Assembly: GCA_038229495.1 (NCBI GenBank)
Contig: JBBROJ010000004.1
Span: 9,320-73,319 of the forward strand
Direction: 5' to 3'
Length of the DNA: 64,000 nt
DNA from: Chthonomonadales bacterium
Lineage (GTDB): Bacteria; Armatimonadota; Chthonomonadetes; Chthonomonadales; CAJBBX01
Under the pieces are notes generated by a model. That model had not been told where the DNA came from, did not search any database, and worked only from the letters and a program-made list of their open reading frames with translations. The translations under genes and the position numbers were made by a program. Below, one piece after another: positions 1 to 12,335 of the stretch (positions are counted from its first letter, which is position 1; each line of letters opens with the position of its first letter).

Positions 1-21
1 GGAAACCGCACCTGACCCTGC

Positions 22-1078
22 TCAACGATTACCGGAAGACGGCCTCCGACCGGCCGAAAACATCGTTGTCGCGCGAGGAGCTGGCCCACGAGATAAAGCG
101 GTGGTCGGCGGAGTACGGCATAGACTGCGGCGGTTAGGAATTTTGTTCGCTTGAGCAAATAACCTGGACATTTCACTTCCAAGTAAATCATTGCGCTGAT
201 GCGTAAATCGGTCGACCTGTTCTGGCATTGTTTGTCATGTGGATGCCTTTTGCGCGCCAGGCGCGGGCAGAGACGGGTCTGGGGGCGGCCCTAATTCGGA
301 TATAAGAGTTTCCAGTTCTCGACCTTCGAATAGTAGGCTCCGAGATCATCTCTTGACAAGAACGATACAGATGTAAGGACTGCCTCAGGGTAAAGAGGTG
401 CTCCGGGCGATAGTCGCCTTCTAACGACTTTTCAATCTCTTCCGGGGTCGCCCGTATGCGCACCATCGATACATGGCATAGGCTGGCAAGCGTATGACGG
501 TTTCGTTCGCCCGCCAAATTGGCGTCTACTATCGCCAACCCGCTTTTTCCGACGATGTCGGCGATGACGGTATGCAGGAGAACATTCATCTGGGTGAGCG
601 ATTTCTGCAACCTATGAACATGACTGCTCGCCTGTTCTACCAGATTGGCGCGATGGCGCATCACCGTGCGGATCGCGCATATCTGCTGTTTGGGGCGGAA
701 GGATGCGTTCAAGAGACCGAACGAGAAGAGACGTTGAATCCAGACCGCGTCTTTAACATCCGTCTTGCGTCCGGGCACGTTCTTCAGGTGCCTGGCATTT
801 ACCAGGCAGACGTCGATTTTATGCGCCTCCAGGATTTCAAACAAAGGGACCCAGTAAACCCCCGTGCTTTCCATCGCCACTTCCTTGACCCCTCGTTCAA
901 GGAGCCACTGGGTCAGACTGTGAAGGTCCTGCGTGAAGGTGGGGAAGTGGCGTACGATGCATTCGCCACGGGCCTCATGGACGGCGACATAGATTTCTTC
1001 GGCCCCAATGTCGATGCCTGCAACGTTGGCTTTGATCTCAGGTAGGGTCTCCTGAATAGATTCGATTCTGGCGGTCAT
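22..1078 (-). pseudogene. IS110-family transposase, disrupted remnant
   Basis: ATG at 1078 (MTARIES...). The N-terminal DEDD/RuvC-like IS110 domain is present (AGIDIG, MESTGVYW, TDVKDAVWIQRL), as is the inter-domain region (EGDYRPEHLFTLRQSL). After ...SCQEMISE (about nt 340) the similarity continues only in another frame (ELETLISELGPPPDP...GSEMSR, ORF 22..228), and the helix-hairpin-helix segment seems partly deleted. The remnant reaches the window edge. Confidence 0.6.
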
Positions 1079-1704
1079 TTTTTCTCTCGTCTCTCGGCAA
1101 ACGAGGATACATTCCGTCGATAAATGTTGGTAATCTTCCAAAACGGGTTCTGTCCGTCTAATGTGGCAAACAGAGCTGACACTAATGAGAATCCATTCGA
1201 CGGAAAACCATGCTGAACATCGGGCTATAGAACGCACCAGTGACAGGCCGGGCTCGGTTGTATCCTGACTTTGCCGGCAATCATTTTACCAGCCCACACG
1301 TAATGGGGGAGTTACTTTGAGAGAAATCTTGCCCCGCAAGTTGGGATGCTGAACAGTTATGCGGCACGCGGAGGCGCGTGAAGGATAAGGAAATGGGGGT
1401 AAAACACGTACAGTAGTCCACGGATCAATTTGTCGGGTGAATTAACCGGGGACAGAGTTGTCTAGACCCTTGATGCCAGTTCCTGGAAACTAGGAATCGT
1501 CGAATTGCAAAGAGAACTCGAACGTACACAGCTGTAGACTTCCTATCCTGGGCGCAGGCTCTTCGCCTCTCCCTCTCATTGCCCTCTCCGCTTTGCCGTA
1601 TCGCAATCGCCTTTCACTTCCACAAGATCCCTTCGCTTTCGCGCCGTCGTACGAATATGTTAGGCGCAGCAAAATTTTGAATTTCTCGCCCGGAGGCCCG
1701 GCCC

Positions 1705-1732
1705 TGAACATGACGGCAGTGAATACCGATAA
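1705..1732 (+). promoter_or_regulatory. Candidate sigma-28 (FliA)-type promoter upstream of the first PilZ gene
   Basis: TGAA-N17-CCGATAATTC. Same spacing and same extended -10 as the motifs at 40152 and 46329. Lies 76 nt upstream of 1808. Confidence 0.35.
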
Positions 1733-1807
1733 TTCGGGGAGTTATACAGTTCTATGCGCAGCGCCGGGACTATGCGGCCTATCCTTTCGAAAAGGCACCG
1801 AATTTAA

Positions 1808-2482
1808 TTGTTCAAACGCGACGGAATGGCTGAAATAAGGGTGGGCGACCATGGCATTGCCATATACGGTCAACTTTTGTCCACCGACGACGATACTCTG
1901 ACCGTAAACCTGCTCACCATTCCGCGCGACCAGGGCATGATTCGACAGGGTGATGAGGCGGAAGTGGTCTATTTCGCTCGCGGCACGCTATTTACCGCGG
2001 TTGTGGCGATTGCGGGCTGGCAGAACAATCAGCTCGTCCTAGGAATCCGCAGCGAGGCTAAACCCGCCCCGCATCGCACCCGCGCGCGAGTCCGCTACCA
2101 CATGCCGGTGCAGTACCGCGCCGTACGCCCTGACGGGCGCATGGGCGCATGGCTGGAGTGCGAGGCGGAAGACATTGGCGGCGGCGGTATAGGGCTTGTT
2201 TTCGAGGCTCAGACCTCCATACCCAGGCGCATGGAGGTTCGCTTCCTGCTGCCCGCGATCTCGTCGGCCAAATCCAGCACCCGAATACACTTGGATAGCG
2301 GCTCCGTAATTCTCAGCCACCAGCAGGACGACCGCCCGATAAAGGCCGTGGGCCGGGTCGTGCATACCCATCCCAGAGCGCGGGGACGTGTTCATATCGG
2401 CCTCGCCTACAGTGTCATAGCTCCTCAGGAGAGAGATCGAATCGTCCGATTCGTCGAAAGCCTTAGCGCAAAGGCCGCCTGA
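1808..2482 (+). CDS. PilZ domain protein (YcgR-like two-barrel layout)
   Basis: 224-aa ORF. RxxxR is RTRAR. DIGGGG is a Ser->Gly variant of (D/N)xSxxG. There is an N-terminal PilZN-like half. The start could instead be ATG 1826. Confidence 0.75.
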   Translation: MFKRDGMAEIRVGDHGIAIYGQLLSTDDDTLTVNLLTIPRDQGMIRQGDEAEVVYFARGTLFTAVVAIAGWQNNQLVLGIRSEAKPAPHRTRARVRYHMPVQYRAVRPDGRMGAWLECEAEDIGGGGIGLVFEAQTSIPRRMEVRFLLPAISSAKSSTRIHLDSGSVILSHQQDDRPIKAVGRVVHTHPRARGRVHIGLAYSVIAPQERDRIVRFVESLSAKAA

Positions 2483-2592
2483 TTACGCCGGACGATCCTG
2501 TAGGATTAGTATCTGTTTAAAACGTAGTTGTCCCCGTAGTGATCACTATCTGCCTAAAACCGCGGAATCCCCGCCCGCGAAGGGGCTGTCAA

Positions 2593-3189
2593 ATGGCGTC
2601 AAATTCTGGTTTCGCCGAGATTGGAATCGAGGACGGCAGCCAAAGGCTCTACGGAGCGCTGGTTCAAATGAGTCAGGAAGGCGCGTTAATACGCCTCGAA
2701 CGCGCCCCCTCCTCAGCGCGCGCCGGTCCCGTGCCTTCAGGATCCTCTGCTTCCCTGACTATTGTAACGGGGAGCGCGATGTTCACCGCAACGGCGCGAA
2801 TCGTATCGGAATCGGCCGGCGATATCGCGATTGTGTTCAATTCCAGCCTGCATAAGGAGCAGTTGCGCTCCGAGGAGCGTTACGCTTGTGAGCTGTCGGT
2901 AATGTACAGGGCAAGGCATACGGACAGCCGCGCGGGAGCGTGGAGAACAGGATCGACTTACGAAGTGAGCGTGGGCGGCTTTTGTATGAAGGCGGATCGC
3001 TGCGTGGAGGAGTCGAAGCTTTTCGAAGTCTGTTTTGTATTACCGAATGATGAGGAACAGGCTCCGGTCCGATCGGAAGCGCGTATCGCATACCAGCGCG
3101 CGTGGGCGGACGGTAAAGTGGCCGTCGGTTTCGACTTCACCTCGATATCGGCCCGAGACAAGATGCGAATCCTTCGGTTTATGAATTAA
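2593..3189 (+). CDS. PilZ domain protein, tandem paralogue
   Basis: ATG 2593 (MASNSG...) is preferred over the ORF-track start at 2539. RxxxR is RSEER. EVSVGG is an Asp->Glu variant of (D/N)xSxxG. Same length and layout as 1808..2482. Confidence 0.7.
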   Translation: MASNSGFAEIGIEDGSQRLYGALVQMSQEGALIRLERAPSSARAGPVPSGSSASLTIVTGSAMFTATARIVSESAGDIAIVFNSSLHKEQLRSEERYACELSVMYRARHTDSRAGAWRTGSTYEVSVGGFCMKADRCVEESKLFEVCFVLPNDEEQAPVRSEARIAYQRAWADGKVAVGFDFTSISARDKMRILRFMN

Positions 3190-3206
3190 GAGGTGTACCG
3201 CATTGT

Positions 3207-3227
3207 CCCCTCCTTACCAAGGAGGGG
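3207..3227. terminator. Hairpin between the convergent PilZ gene and lon (possible bidirectional terminator)
   Basis: cccctcctt-acc-aaggagggg: 9-bp perfect stem, 3-nt loop. There is no clear U-tract on either strand. Confidence 0.35.
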
Positions 3228-3249
3228 GTTGGGGGAGGTTTCGCTCTCC

Positions 3250-5838
<2,589 letters not shown>

Positions 5839-5858
5839 ATGGGTCTCCGGAACGGAAG

Positions 5859-6036
5859 GTGTTCAGGTATTCGGGTGTTCAGGTATTCGGGTCGCTGGGT
5901 CAATGGGTCGTTAGGTCGTTGGATCGTTGGATCGTTAGGTCGTTGGATCGTTAGGTCGTTGGATCGTTAGGTCGTTGGATCGTTAGGTCGTTGATTCGTT
6001 CTTCCGACTTCCGTCTTCCGACTTCCGTCTTCCGAC
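5859..6036. repeat. Composite short-period tandem array in the clpX-lon spacer
   Basis: (gttcaggtattcgggt)x2, then about 12 units of RTCGTTRG, then (cttccgW)x5. Read in lon orientation: GGAAGNC array -> CNAACGA array -> CCGAATACCTGAAC array -> lon ATG. Confidence 0.9.
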
Positions 6037-6190
6037 GTTGTCCGTCAGCGGTCTTCATGTAGTGACACAAAGAAGAAGCAAGAGGCCATAGGACTCTTGC
6101 TTCTCTAATGAGGCGAGTACCCTTTATACTTAAAGGTATACCCGAAAGTTCCGGCTCATTGCCTGCTAGTCGGCAGCGTTCATGGTTCGC

Positions 6191-7462
6191 TTACGACGCC
6201 TGGCGAAGGTCCTGAATGGTAAGTACAGTCGGGTCTTCCCGCTTATCCACGGTATCCGCTGTAACTATGCACCGCTTTGCGTCCTTCGTCGAGGGGATCT
6301 CGTACATGATGTTCATCATGACCTCCTCGATAATTGTGCGAAGGGCGCGCGCGCCGGTGCTTCGCCGCATGGCTTCCCGCGCGATGGAGAGAATAGCGCC
6401 CTCCTCGAAGATGAGGTCGACCCCGTCATACTCGAAAAACTTGGCGTACTGCTTGGTGAGCGCGTTTTTCGGCTCGATTAGAATTTTGACCAGCGCCGCC
6501 TCGTCCAGGGACTCCAAGGTCGTGACGACCGGCAGGCGGCCAATAAATTCCGGGATAAGACCGTATTTGAGCAAGTCCTCCGGCATCACGTGCGCAAGCA
6601 TCTCCCCGACGTTGCGCTTCTCCTGCTTCGTGCCCCCCTCGTTCAGCAGCCCAATCTGGCCCTTCTTCTCTGTGCGCCGCGCTATCATTCTGTCGAGGCC
6701 CTCGAAAGCGCCGCCGCAAATGAACAGGATGTTGGACGTGTCAATCTGCACATACTCCTGCTGCGGGTGCTTGCGGCCACCCTGCGGAGGAACGTTCGCT
6801 ACGGTGCCCTCGATAATCTTGAGAAGGGACTGCTGCACGCCTTCGCCAGACACGTCGCGCGTAATGGACGGGTTCTCGGACTTGCGGGTGATCTTGTCGA
6901 TTTCATCGACGTAGATGATGCCGCGCTCCGCGTTGCGAATCGTCTCCTTCATATCGCCGCCGGTATCCGCCGCCTGTATCAGCTTGAGGAGGATATTCTC
7001 GACGTCTTCTCCGACGTATCCCGCTTCTGTAAGCGAGGTCGCGTCGGCGATGGCAAAGGGCACGTTCAGGATGCGCGCGAGGGTCTGGGCGAGGAGGGTC
7101 TTGCCGCTGCCGGTGGGGCCGATGAGCAGGATGTTCGACTTTTGAAGCTCGATGTCGCTTGCGGGAGCATTGATACGCTTGAAATGGTTGTAAACTGCCA
7201 CAGAAAGAGTGCGCTTGGCGCGCTCCTGCCCAATGACGTATTGCGAAAGAATTCGGTATATCTCTTTGGGCTTGGGGATCGACCCTATCGGGGTGAAGCT
7301 TTCCGCATTCGGCGTTTCGTTGCGGATGATGTCGTTGCAGAGGTCTATGCATTCCAGGCAAACGCCGCCATGGATTCCTATAATAAGCTTTTTGACCTGC
7401 TCGCGGCTCTTCCCGCACAAGAAACAGCGTTTTTCGTTCGTCGGTTCCAGTCCCCTCGCCAA
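6191..7462 (-). CDS. clpX: ATP-dependent Clp protease ATP-binding subunit ClpX
   Basis: Zinc ribbon CFLCGKS...CLECIDLC, Walker [12 protein letters not shown]+ core. TTG start at 7462. Confidence 0.97.
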   Translation of the reverse strand: MARGLEPTNEKRCFLCGKSREQVKKLIIGIHGGVCLECIDLCNDIIRNETPNAESFTPIGSIPKPKEIYRILSQYVIGQERAKRTLSVAVYNHFKRINAPASDIELQKSNILLIGPTGSGKTLLAQTLARILNVPFAIADATSLTEAGYVGEDVENILLKLIQAADTGGDMKETIRNAERGIIYVDEIDKITRKSENPSITRDVSGEGVQQSLLKIIEGTVANVPPQGGRKHPQQEYVQIDTSNILFICGGAFEGLDRMIARRTEKKGQIGLLNEGGTKQEKRNVGEMLAHVMPEDLLKYGLIPEFIGRLPVVTTLESLDEAALVKILIEPKNALTKQYAKFFEYDGVDLIFEEGAILSIAREAMRRSTGARALRTIIEEVMMNIMYEIPSTKDAKRCIVTADTVDKREDPTVLTIQDLRQAS

Positions 7463-7495
7463 AATGGCACCCCCGTGTCAGTTAACAGTCGTCAT

Positions 7496-7538
7496 TGATC
7501 AGTGGTCAGTCCGGATAGCTCTGACTGACCACTGATCA
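7496..7538. repeat. Perfect 16-bp hairpin (ATCAGTG unit family) in the clpP-clpX spacer
   Basis: tgatcagtggtcagtc / gactgaccactgatca with an 11-nt loop, followed by ctgacaa x2. Confidence 0.85.
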
Positions 7539-7565
7539 CTGACAACTGACAACCGTATTGTCGGT

Positions 7566-8219
7566 TTAGCGTTCGGCTTTATCTAGGACGTCGTCGACCA
7601 GACCGTACTCCTTGGCCTCCTCGGCGGAGAGCCAATAGTCGCGGTCGCAGTCGCGGGTGACCTTCTCGATGTCCTGGCCGGTGTGCTTGGCCAGAATGTT
7701 CATGAGGGCTTCCTGGGCGCGGTTCATCTCTTCCAGGCGGATTTTGGCGTCGGATACGGTTCCCTCGTAGCCGCCGGCCACCTGGTGCATCATGACACGG
7801 GAGTGGGGAAGGGCGAAGCGCTTGCCCGCCGCTCCGCCCGCAAGGAGGATAGCGCCCATGGAGGCGCATATGCCCATGCAGTAGGTTGCGACGTCACAGC
7901 TAATGTACTGCATTACGTCGTAGATTGCAAGACCCGAGGAAACGCTTCCGCCGGGACTGTTTATATAGACGTGGATGTCGGAATCCTTTTCCTCGTGCGC
8001 CAGGAACATAAGTTCCGCATTGATGAGGCTGGCGATATGATCGTCAATGGGACTGACGAGGAAGATAACGCGATCCTTTAGCAGGCGGGAATAGATGTCA
8101 TATGCCCGCTCTCCGCGCGCGCTCTGCTCGACAACCATCGGGATGACGTCTTTATCGGGGCGGATGACGCGCTCCGCCATCATGTATTGGGTATAGGGCC
8201 GCACGATTCGGTCGGACAT
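7566..8219 (-). CDS. clpP: ATP-dependent Clp protease proteolytic subunit ClpP
   Basis: [18 protein letters not shown], active-site context GICASMGA and MMHQ. The start may be an internal Met. Confidence 0.95.
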   Translation of the reverse strand: MSDRIVRPYTQYMMAERVIRPDKDVIPMVVEQSARGERAYDIYSRLLKDRVIFLVSPIDDHIASLINAELMFLAHEEKDSDIHVYINSPGGSVSSGLAIYDVMQYISCDVATYCMGICASMGAILLAGGAAGKRFALPHSRVMMHQVAGGYEGTVSDAKIRLEEMNRAQEALMNILAKHTGQDIEKVTRDCDRDYWLSAEEAKEYGLVDDVLDKAER

Positions 8220-8231
8220 TGGGAAACTCCT

Positions 8232-8304
8232 ATCAGTGGTCCGTGGTCGGTGATCGGTGGTCAGTTCGGACTTTGCTGATCACTGATCGCCGACCACTGA
8301 TCAC
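8232..8304. repeat. Imperfect hairpin of ATCAGTG/GGTCGGT units in the tig-clpP spacer
   Basis: atcagtggtccgtggtcggtgatcggtggtcag ... ctgatcactgatcgccgaccactgatcac. The right arm overlaps the tig stop codon. Confidence 0.7.
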
Positions 8305-9602
8305 TCGGTTTTCGCGGGTACATCCACGATCTTTACGGTTTCGAAGAGATGGTCGCGCAGCTTGCGCTTGATGATAATATTTGTTACTTGCGTACGGCGT
8401 TTCTCGTCGCGGAAGAGGGTGCGCGCGTCTTCGTCGGAGAGCTTGTTCTGGACGGCGAGAAGGGCGAACTCGCCCGCCAGCTCCCCGTCGGTCACCTGGG
8501 TATTCAGCTTTTTGGCCAATTCGCGCAGAATCAGGACGCTCCGCACGCGATCTACAGCATTGGCTTGCAGCTTCTCGCGGTGTACCTCCTCGGTTTGCCC
8601 GGTCGCCTCCAGATACTCTTCATACGTCATTTTGCGGTTCTGCATTTCTTGGCTCAGCTCGTGCGCCTCGTCCTGCATCTCCTGCTCTACCATGACGTGC
8701 GGATATTCCACGGTGGAGCGCTTGATAAGCTCCTCGATAATTCGGCTCTCTACGACGCGGTCGGAAAGGTCCTTGATCTGGCCTTCCTGATTCTCTCGGA
8801 TAGCTTCTCTAAGTTCCTCGGCAGTTTTGAAGGGGGTAACCTGCTCCACCCACTCGTCCGTGACTTCCGGCAGCACCCGCTGATTGATGGTGGCGACATT
8901 CACGTCGAAGTGCGTGTTCTTGCCCGCGCGCTCGGCGTCCTGGTGATCCTCCGGATAGGTGAGGTCGAACGACCTCTCCTCGTCGGGCATCATGCCTAGA
9001 ATCTTGTCGTCAAATCCCGGAATGGATTCGCCCACTCGAATCAGGGTCCGGCGGGGCTGCGTCTGCGGCTCGTGCCCCTCAATATTCTCGGTCATCTCCG
9101 CAATCAGCACATCGCCCAATTGCACGCCCCTGCCGTCCACTTTCTCGGTTCGCGCGTACTCGCCGCGCAGCGATTCTATCTGGCGGTCTATGTCCTCGTC
9201 GCCTACCTGAAAAACGGGACGCTCGACGGATAAATCCTTATATTCGCCCAGCTCCACGTGAGGCGGCAGTGGAACGACGGCCTTGAACTGCCACGGCTCA
9301 CCGTCCGCGAGGTCCGAAAACTCGACCTCGGGATCGGCGAAGGGAGTAACCTCTTCCTTCTCAAGCGCTTCACGGTAGGCGGGCGCGGCGACAAGCTCCA
9401 TGACGCGCTCACGGACCTTCTCCTGGTTCACATAGCGCTCGACCATGCGGCGAGGCGCCTTGCCAGGGCGGAAGCCGGGTACATTGGTGTACTGCCCAAA
9501 CTCGCGGTAGGCCTGACCGAAAGCCTTGGAAATGATATCCGGCTCAATTTGAATATCGAGCGAAATCGTGCAGGGGTCAATCTGCTCTTTTGTGACCTGC
9601 AT
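8301..9602 (-). CDS. tig: Trigger factor
   Basis: 433 aa. Ribosome-binding motif GFRPGKAP, then a PPIase-like middle domain and a C-terminal arm domain. Sits in the conserved tig-clpP-clpX-lon order. Confidence 0.95.
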   Translation of the reverse strand: MQVTKEQIDPCTISLDIQIEPDIISKAFGQAYREFGQYTNVPGFRPGKAPRRMVERYVNQEKVRERVMELVAAPAYREALEKEEVTPFADPEVEFSDLADGEPWQFKAVVPLPPHVELGEYKDLSVERPVFQVGDEDIDRQIESLRGEYARTEKVDGRGVQLGDVLIAEMTENIEGHEPQTQPRRTLIRVGESIPGFDDKILGMMPDEERSFDLTYPEDHQDAERAGKNTHFDVNVATINQRVLPEVTDEWVEQVTPFKTAEELREAIRENQEGQIKDLSDRVVESRIIEELIKRSTVEYPHVMVEQEMQDEAHELSQEMQNRKMTYEEYLEATGQTEEVHREKLQANAVDRVRSVLILRELAKKLNTQVTDGELAGEFALLAVQNKLSDEDARTLFRDEKRRTQVTNIIIKRKLRDHLFETVKIVDVPAKTE

Positions 9603-9704
9603 TATGGCGTCCTTCTTTGGTGAATTCTTGGTGGCGGGGTTGCGCGCTGCTCGCCGTTTGTTCCCGGCTAATACAATACCTTAGAAGCCTGTGACTCGGA
9701 CATA

Positions 9705-9723
9705 ATTCGAATGGAATTCGAAT
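9705..9723. promoter_or_regulatory. Twin palindromes ATTCGAAT-gga-ATTCGAAT upstream of tig (possible operator)
   Basis: Two identical 8-bp palindromes, 11 bp centre to centre, about 105-120 nt upstream of the tig start. Confidence 0.2.
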
Positions 9724-9821
9724 ATAAGAGTGCAAAAACGAGAAGAAGGGACCGCGTGACAATCGGGGAAGGCCGGGAGTTGGCGGACGGCAAGAATCCC
9801 GGGCGGGAAAAGCGCGCGAGG

Positions 9822-9850
9822 AAACCCCCGCCTGTGGAGACGGGGGTTTT
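9822..9850 (-). terminator. Rho-independent terminator after the 9881..10648 gene
   Basis: aaacccccg-cctgtggaga-cgggggttt: GC-rich stem flanked by A/T runs on both strands, 30 nt downstream of the stop. Confidence 0.6.
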
Positions 9851-9880
9851 GAATACCACGCGTATCGCGATTTAATTTCG

Positions 9881-10648
9881 CTATCTGCTCGCGCGGCGGT
9901 TCGGATAGTCGGGTGGAAGCATGATGAATATATCGCGCTTTGGCTGGATCTTGCGATATACCCAGCGAATTGCATTTCCGTTCTGATTATCGGGCTTCGG
10001 CTCCAATCCTGCCAGACGCGCTTCGGTATGGCCGGGGGCGCGGAATCGAACTTCCACGAGGTCCGGCACGTCTCGCCAGCCGCCGAGGTCCTTAGTCACG
10101 AACTCCACGGTGCGGTGGCCGCCGTCCCAGCCAAGCGGCGAGGTTGACGTGATTGTCATCGCATGCACTTTGCCCGGAGCAAACGTGATCCAGAAGGTGC
10201 GCCACCGCGTGGCCGTATCTTTCTTGTCATTCAGTTTCCACGGCTCGATTGATATCGTCTGCCTTCGGCCGTCGACGGTGGCTCCAAAGCTCGCGAATCC
10301 GCGTGCGTCCGCTTCCATCAGATCGCCGGCCCCGCCATCCCTGGAACGGTAGTAGTCTTCCCGCACGCCCACCTGAATCCGGTCCATTCCCTTCTCCAAT
10401 TTGCCGCCCGGATAGTGCAGGCGAAAACTTTGGGTTACATTCAAATTGGAGCCGCGCACCACCAGATTGACGTCTCCGCGCTCCATCCAGACGTTTCCTT
10501 TGCTGTTGCGGACGGTCGGAAGCCCGGTGCGGCCCTGATACATCTTGTGGTCCGCGCGGGCGGCTAGCGGCATGAAGAGCAACAGCGCGGTCGCGCCTGC
10601 CACAGCCGCGCCAGCCAGGGTCGCCCTGCCTATTTGTAATACGGTCAT
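9881..10648 (-). CDS. Hypothetical exported protein
   Basis: 255 aa with an N-terminal signal peptide (AGAAVAGATALLLFMPLAARA). No motif I recognise. Confidence 0.6.
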   Translation of the reverse strand: MTVLQIGRATLAGAAVAGATALLLFMPLAARADHKMYQGRTGLPTVRNSKGNVWMERGDVNLVVRGSNLNVTQSFRLHYPGGKLEKGMDRIQVGVREDYYRSRDGGAGDLMEADARGFASFGATVDGRRQTISIEPWKLNDKKDTATRWRTFWITFAPGKVHAMTITSTSPLGWDGGHRTVEFVTKDLGGWRDVPDLVEVRFRAPGHTEARLAGLEPKPDNQNGNAIRWVYRKIQPKRDIFIMLPPDYPNRRASR

Positions 10649-10740
10649 TGCATCCTCCTTACGGTGCGCCGGGGTCGCTATTGGCCTGAAGCGGGCACAC
10701 TAAGCGTAAGACGATTCCGTTCCACCAATGTTCCGAGGAG

Positions 10741-10780
10741 GGAAGTCGGAAGTCGGAAGTCGGAAGAACGACCCAACGGC
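10741..10780. repeat. GGAAGTC x3-4 followed by CGACCCAACGG
   Basis: Same unit families as 5859-6036. Fills the spacer between two minus-strand genes. Confidence 0.85.
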
Positions 10781-10781
10781 C

Positions 10782-12041
10782 TCATCGCTCGCCCGTTCGT
10801 CCCTGTCTACGATAATCACGCATGGATATGATTTGCAACCAAACGCCCGCGCTAATAATGGTAAACGAGGTCAGAAACGCGGCCTGATAGCCCACGGCGC
10901 GCATGAGAGGAATGGCGAATTGGGGGGCGATGGAGCCTCGGATTCCGAAGAAGCTGGAGTGGAGTGCCTGGTACTGCGCCGCCTTACCCGGCTCCGCGAA
11001 GAGCAGCGTGGTATTGAGGTAGGCGAGGTCAATGCCCGCGACCGCCAGCCCCATGCCGGCCGATGCAATATAGAGCGAGGAGAGCCCCCACGCCTGCGCG
11101 TAGAGCAGCGGCACGGCAAGGTTAAACGCCAAGGCGACCAGTACGGTCGTCAATGGCCCCCTGCGGTCGAGAAATCCGCCCCAGAAAAAGAAGCCCACGA
11201 TTGTGGCCACGGAGCTGAAGTTCTGCATATTGGCGACGGCTGTGTTCGAAATGTGGAATACGTCCACCTGGTAGATGGGGTAGAGCGTAGTCGCCATGAG
11301 ATTGCCGAAACCCGAAACGAATACGGACGCCGAGAACCAGCGGTAGCCGGGATTGCGCCGCAAAATATCCACCGTGTCGAGGAAGAAAGCGCGCGCGGAG
11401 GTGCGATCGCCAAGTGAATCATCTCCCGGAGGTACCCGGATTCGGCTGAATGTGAAGGCGCTCAGCGCGCCAAACGCTCCTCCCAGGCAGAATCCCGTTC
11501 TCCAACTGAGGCCATGGTCAAGCAGCCGACCCATAAGTAGCGCGGAGAACAGGGTCATCAAGCTCATGCCCATTCGCACAAAGCTCATCAGCCGGCCGCG
11601 GTGCCGGTCCGGGTAGATGTCCTTCATGATGGCGGTATAGGCCGGCATGGATATCGAGAAGACGAACGGGGTCAGGCAAACGAGCGCCACGAACTGGCCG
11701 CGGGAGTGGACGAAAGGGGTAATTAGAAACAGGCCGCGCGCGATAAGCCAGGTCCAGAAGACGAACGGCATTTTCGAGCGGCCATCCATCTGGCGGGCCC
11801 AGACCGTCGCGAAGACATAGCCGAGCGCGGGGGCGGCGGCTATCCAGCCCATATTTGCGTAGGTCGCATGCAGATCTGCACGTGCGACGCGCGCCACAAA
11901 GGTCCACACGCATCCCTGATAGAGGCCCGCCAGGATACCCGTGGCGATGTCCCATTTCCACGCGGTCTGGGTCTCGGTCGGCAGCACGGCGAGGCGGGCG
12001 CGCACGCTTGCCGTGAGGCTAGTGATGTCCAAAAAGGGCAA
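10782..12041 (-). CDS. MFS-type transporter
   Basis: 419 aa, about 12 hydrophobic helices with short loops, as in the major facilitator superfamily. Confidence 0.75.
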   Translation of the reverse strand: MPFLDITSLTASVRARLAVLPTETQTAWKWDIATGILAGLYQGCVWTFVARVARADLHATYANMGWIAAAPALGYVFATVWARQMDGRSKMPFVFWTWLIARGLFLITPFVHSRGQFVALVCLTPFVFSISMPAYTAIMKDIYPDRHRGRLMSFVRMGMSLMTLFSALLMGRLLDHGLSWRTGFCLGGAFGALSAFTFSRIRVPPGDDSLGDRTSARAFFLDTVDILRRNPGYRWFSASVFVSGFGNLMATTLYPIYQVDVFHISNTAVANMQNFSSVATIVGFFFWGGFLDRRGPLTTVLVALAFNLAVPLLYAQAWGLSSLYIASAGMGLAVAGIDLAYLNTTLLFAEPGKAAQYQALHSSFFGIRGSIAPQFAIPLMRAVGYQAAFLTSFTIISAGVWLQIISMRDYRRQGRTGER

Positions 12042-12335
12042 TCCCGGAGGTTATGTCCGACCGGTCCTCAACCGGGAACCGTTCGGCCCCTTAAGGTTAG
12101 GTTATCAGGCGATGTTCTCCTGCCCCACCCGTCTCTGGATCAAGTCCTATCTAGCGGCTTTGCCAAGTCAACGTTAAGCGGCTGCTTCCCTTATCCCCAA
12201 AACCGGATTGTTCACGTAGAGACCGGCGCTACGGCATGTAGCGGAGGTTGCTCCCTATAGGGTAATCCTGAGCACCTGAGCGCCGTTGGCGGCATTGCGG
12301 GTAAGAAACAGTGACGCATTCGTTGCGTAGTAGCT

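Noticed and set aside
3-137. An open plus-strand frame entering from the left edge (…LLNDYRKTASDRPKTSLSREELAHEIKRWSAEYGIDCGG, TAG at 135-137).
   Set aside because: It is only 44 codons with no motif, and it overlaps the presumed decayed C-terminus of the IS110 gene on the other strand. I cannot decide which is real, if either.
6182-7535. Plus-strand ORFs 6216..6914, 6590..7498 and others opposite clpX.
   Set aside because: They are antisense to clpX, with low-complexity composition typical of GC-rich shadow frames.
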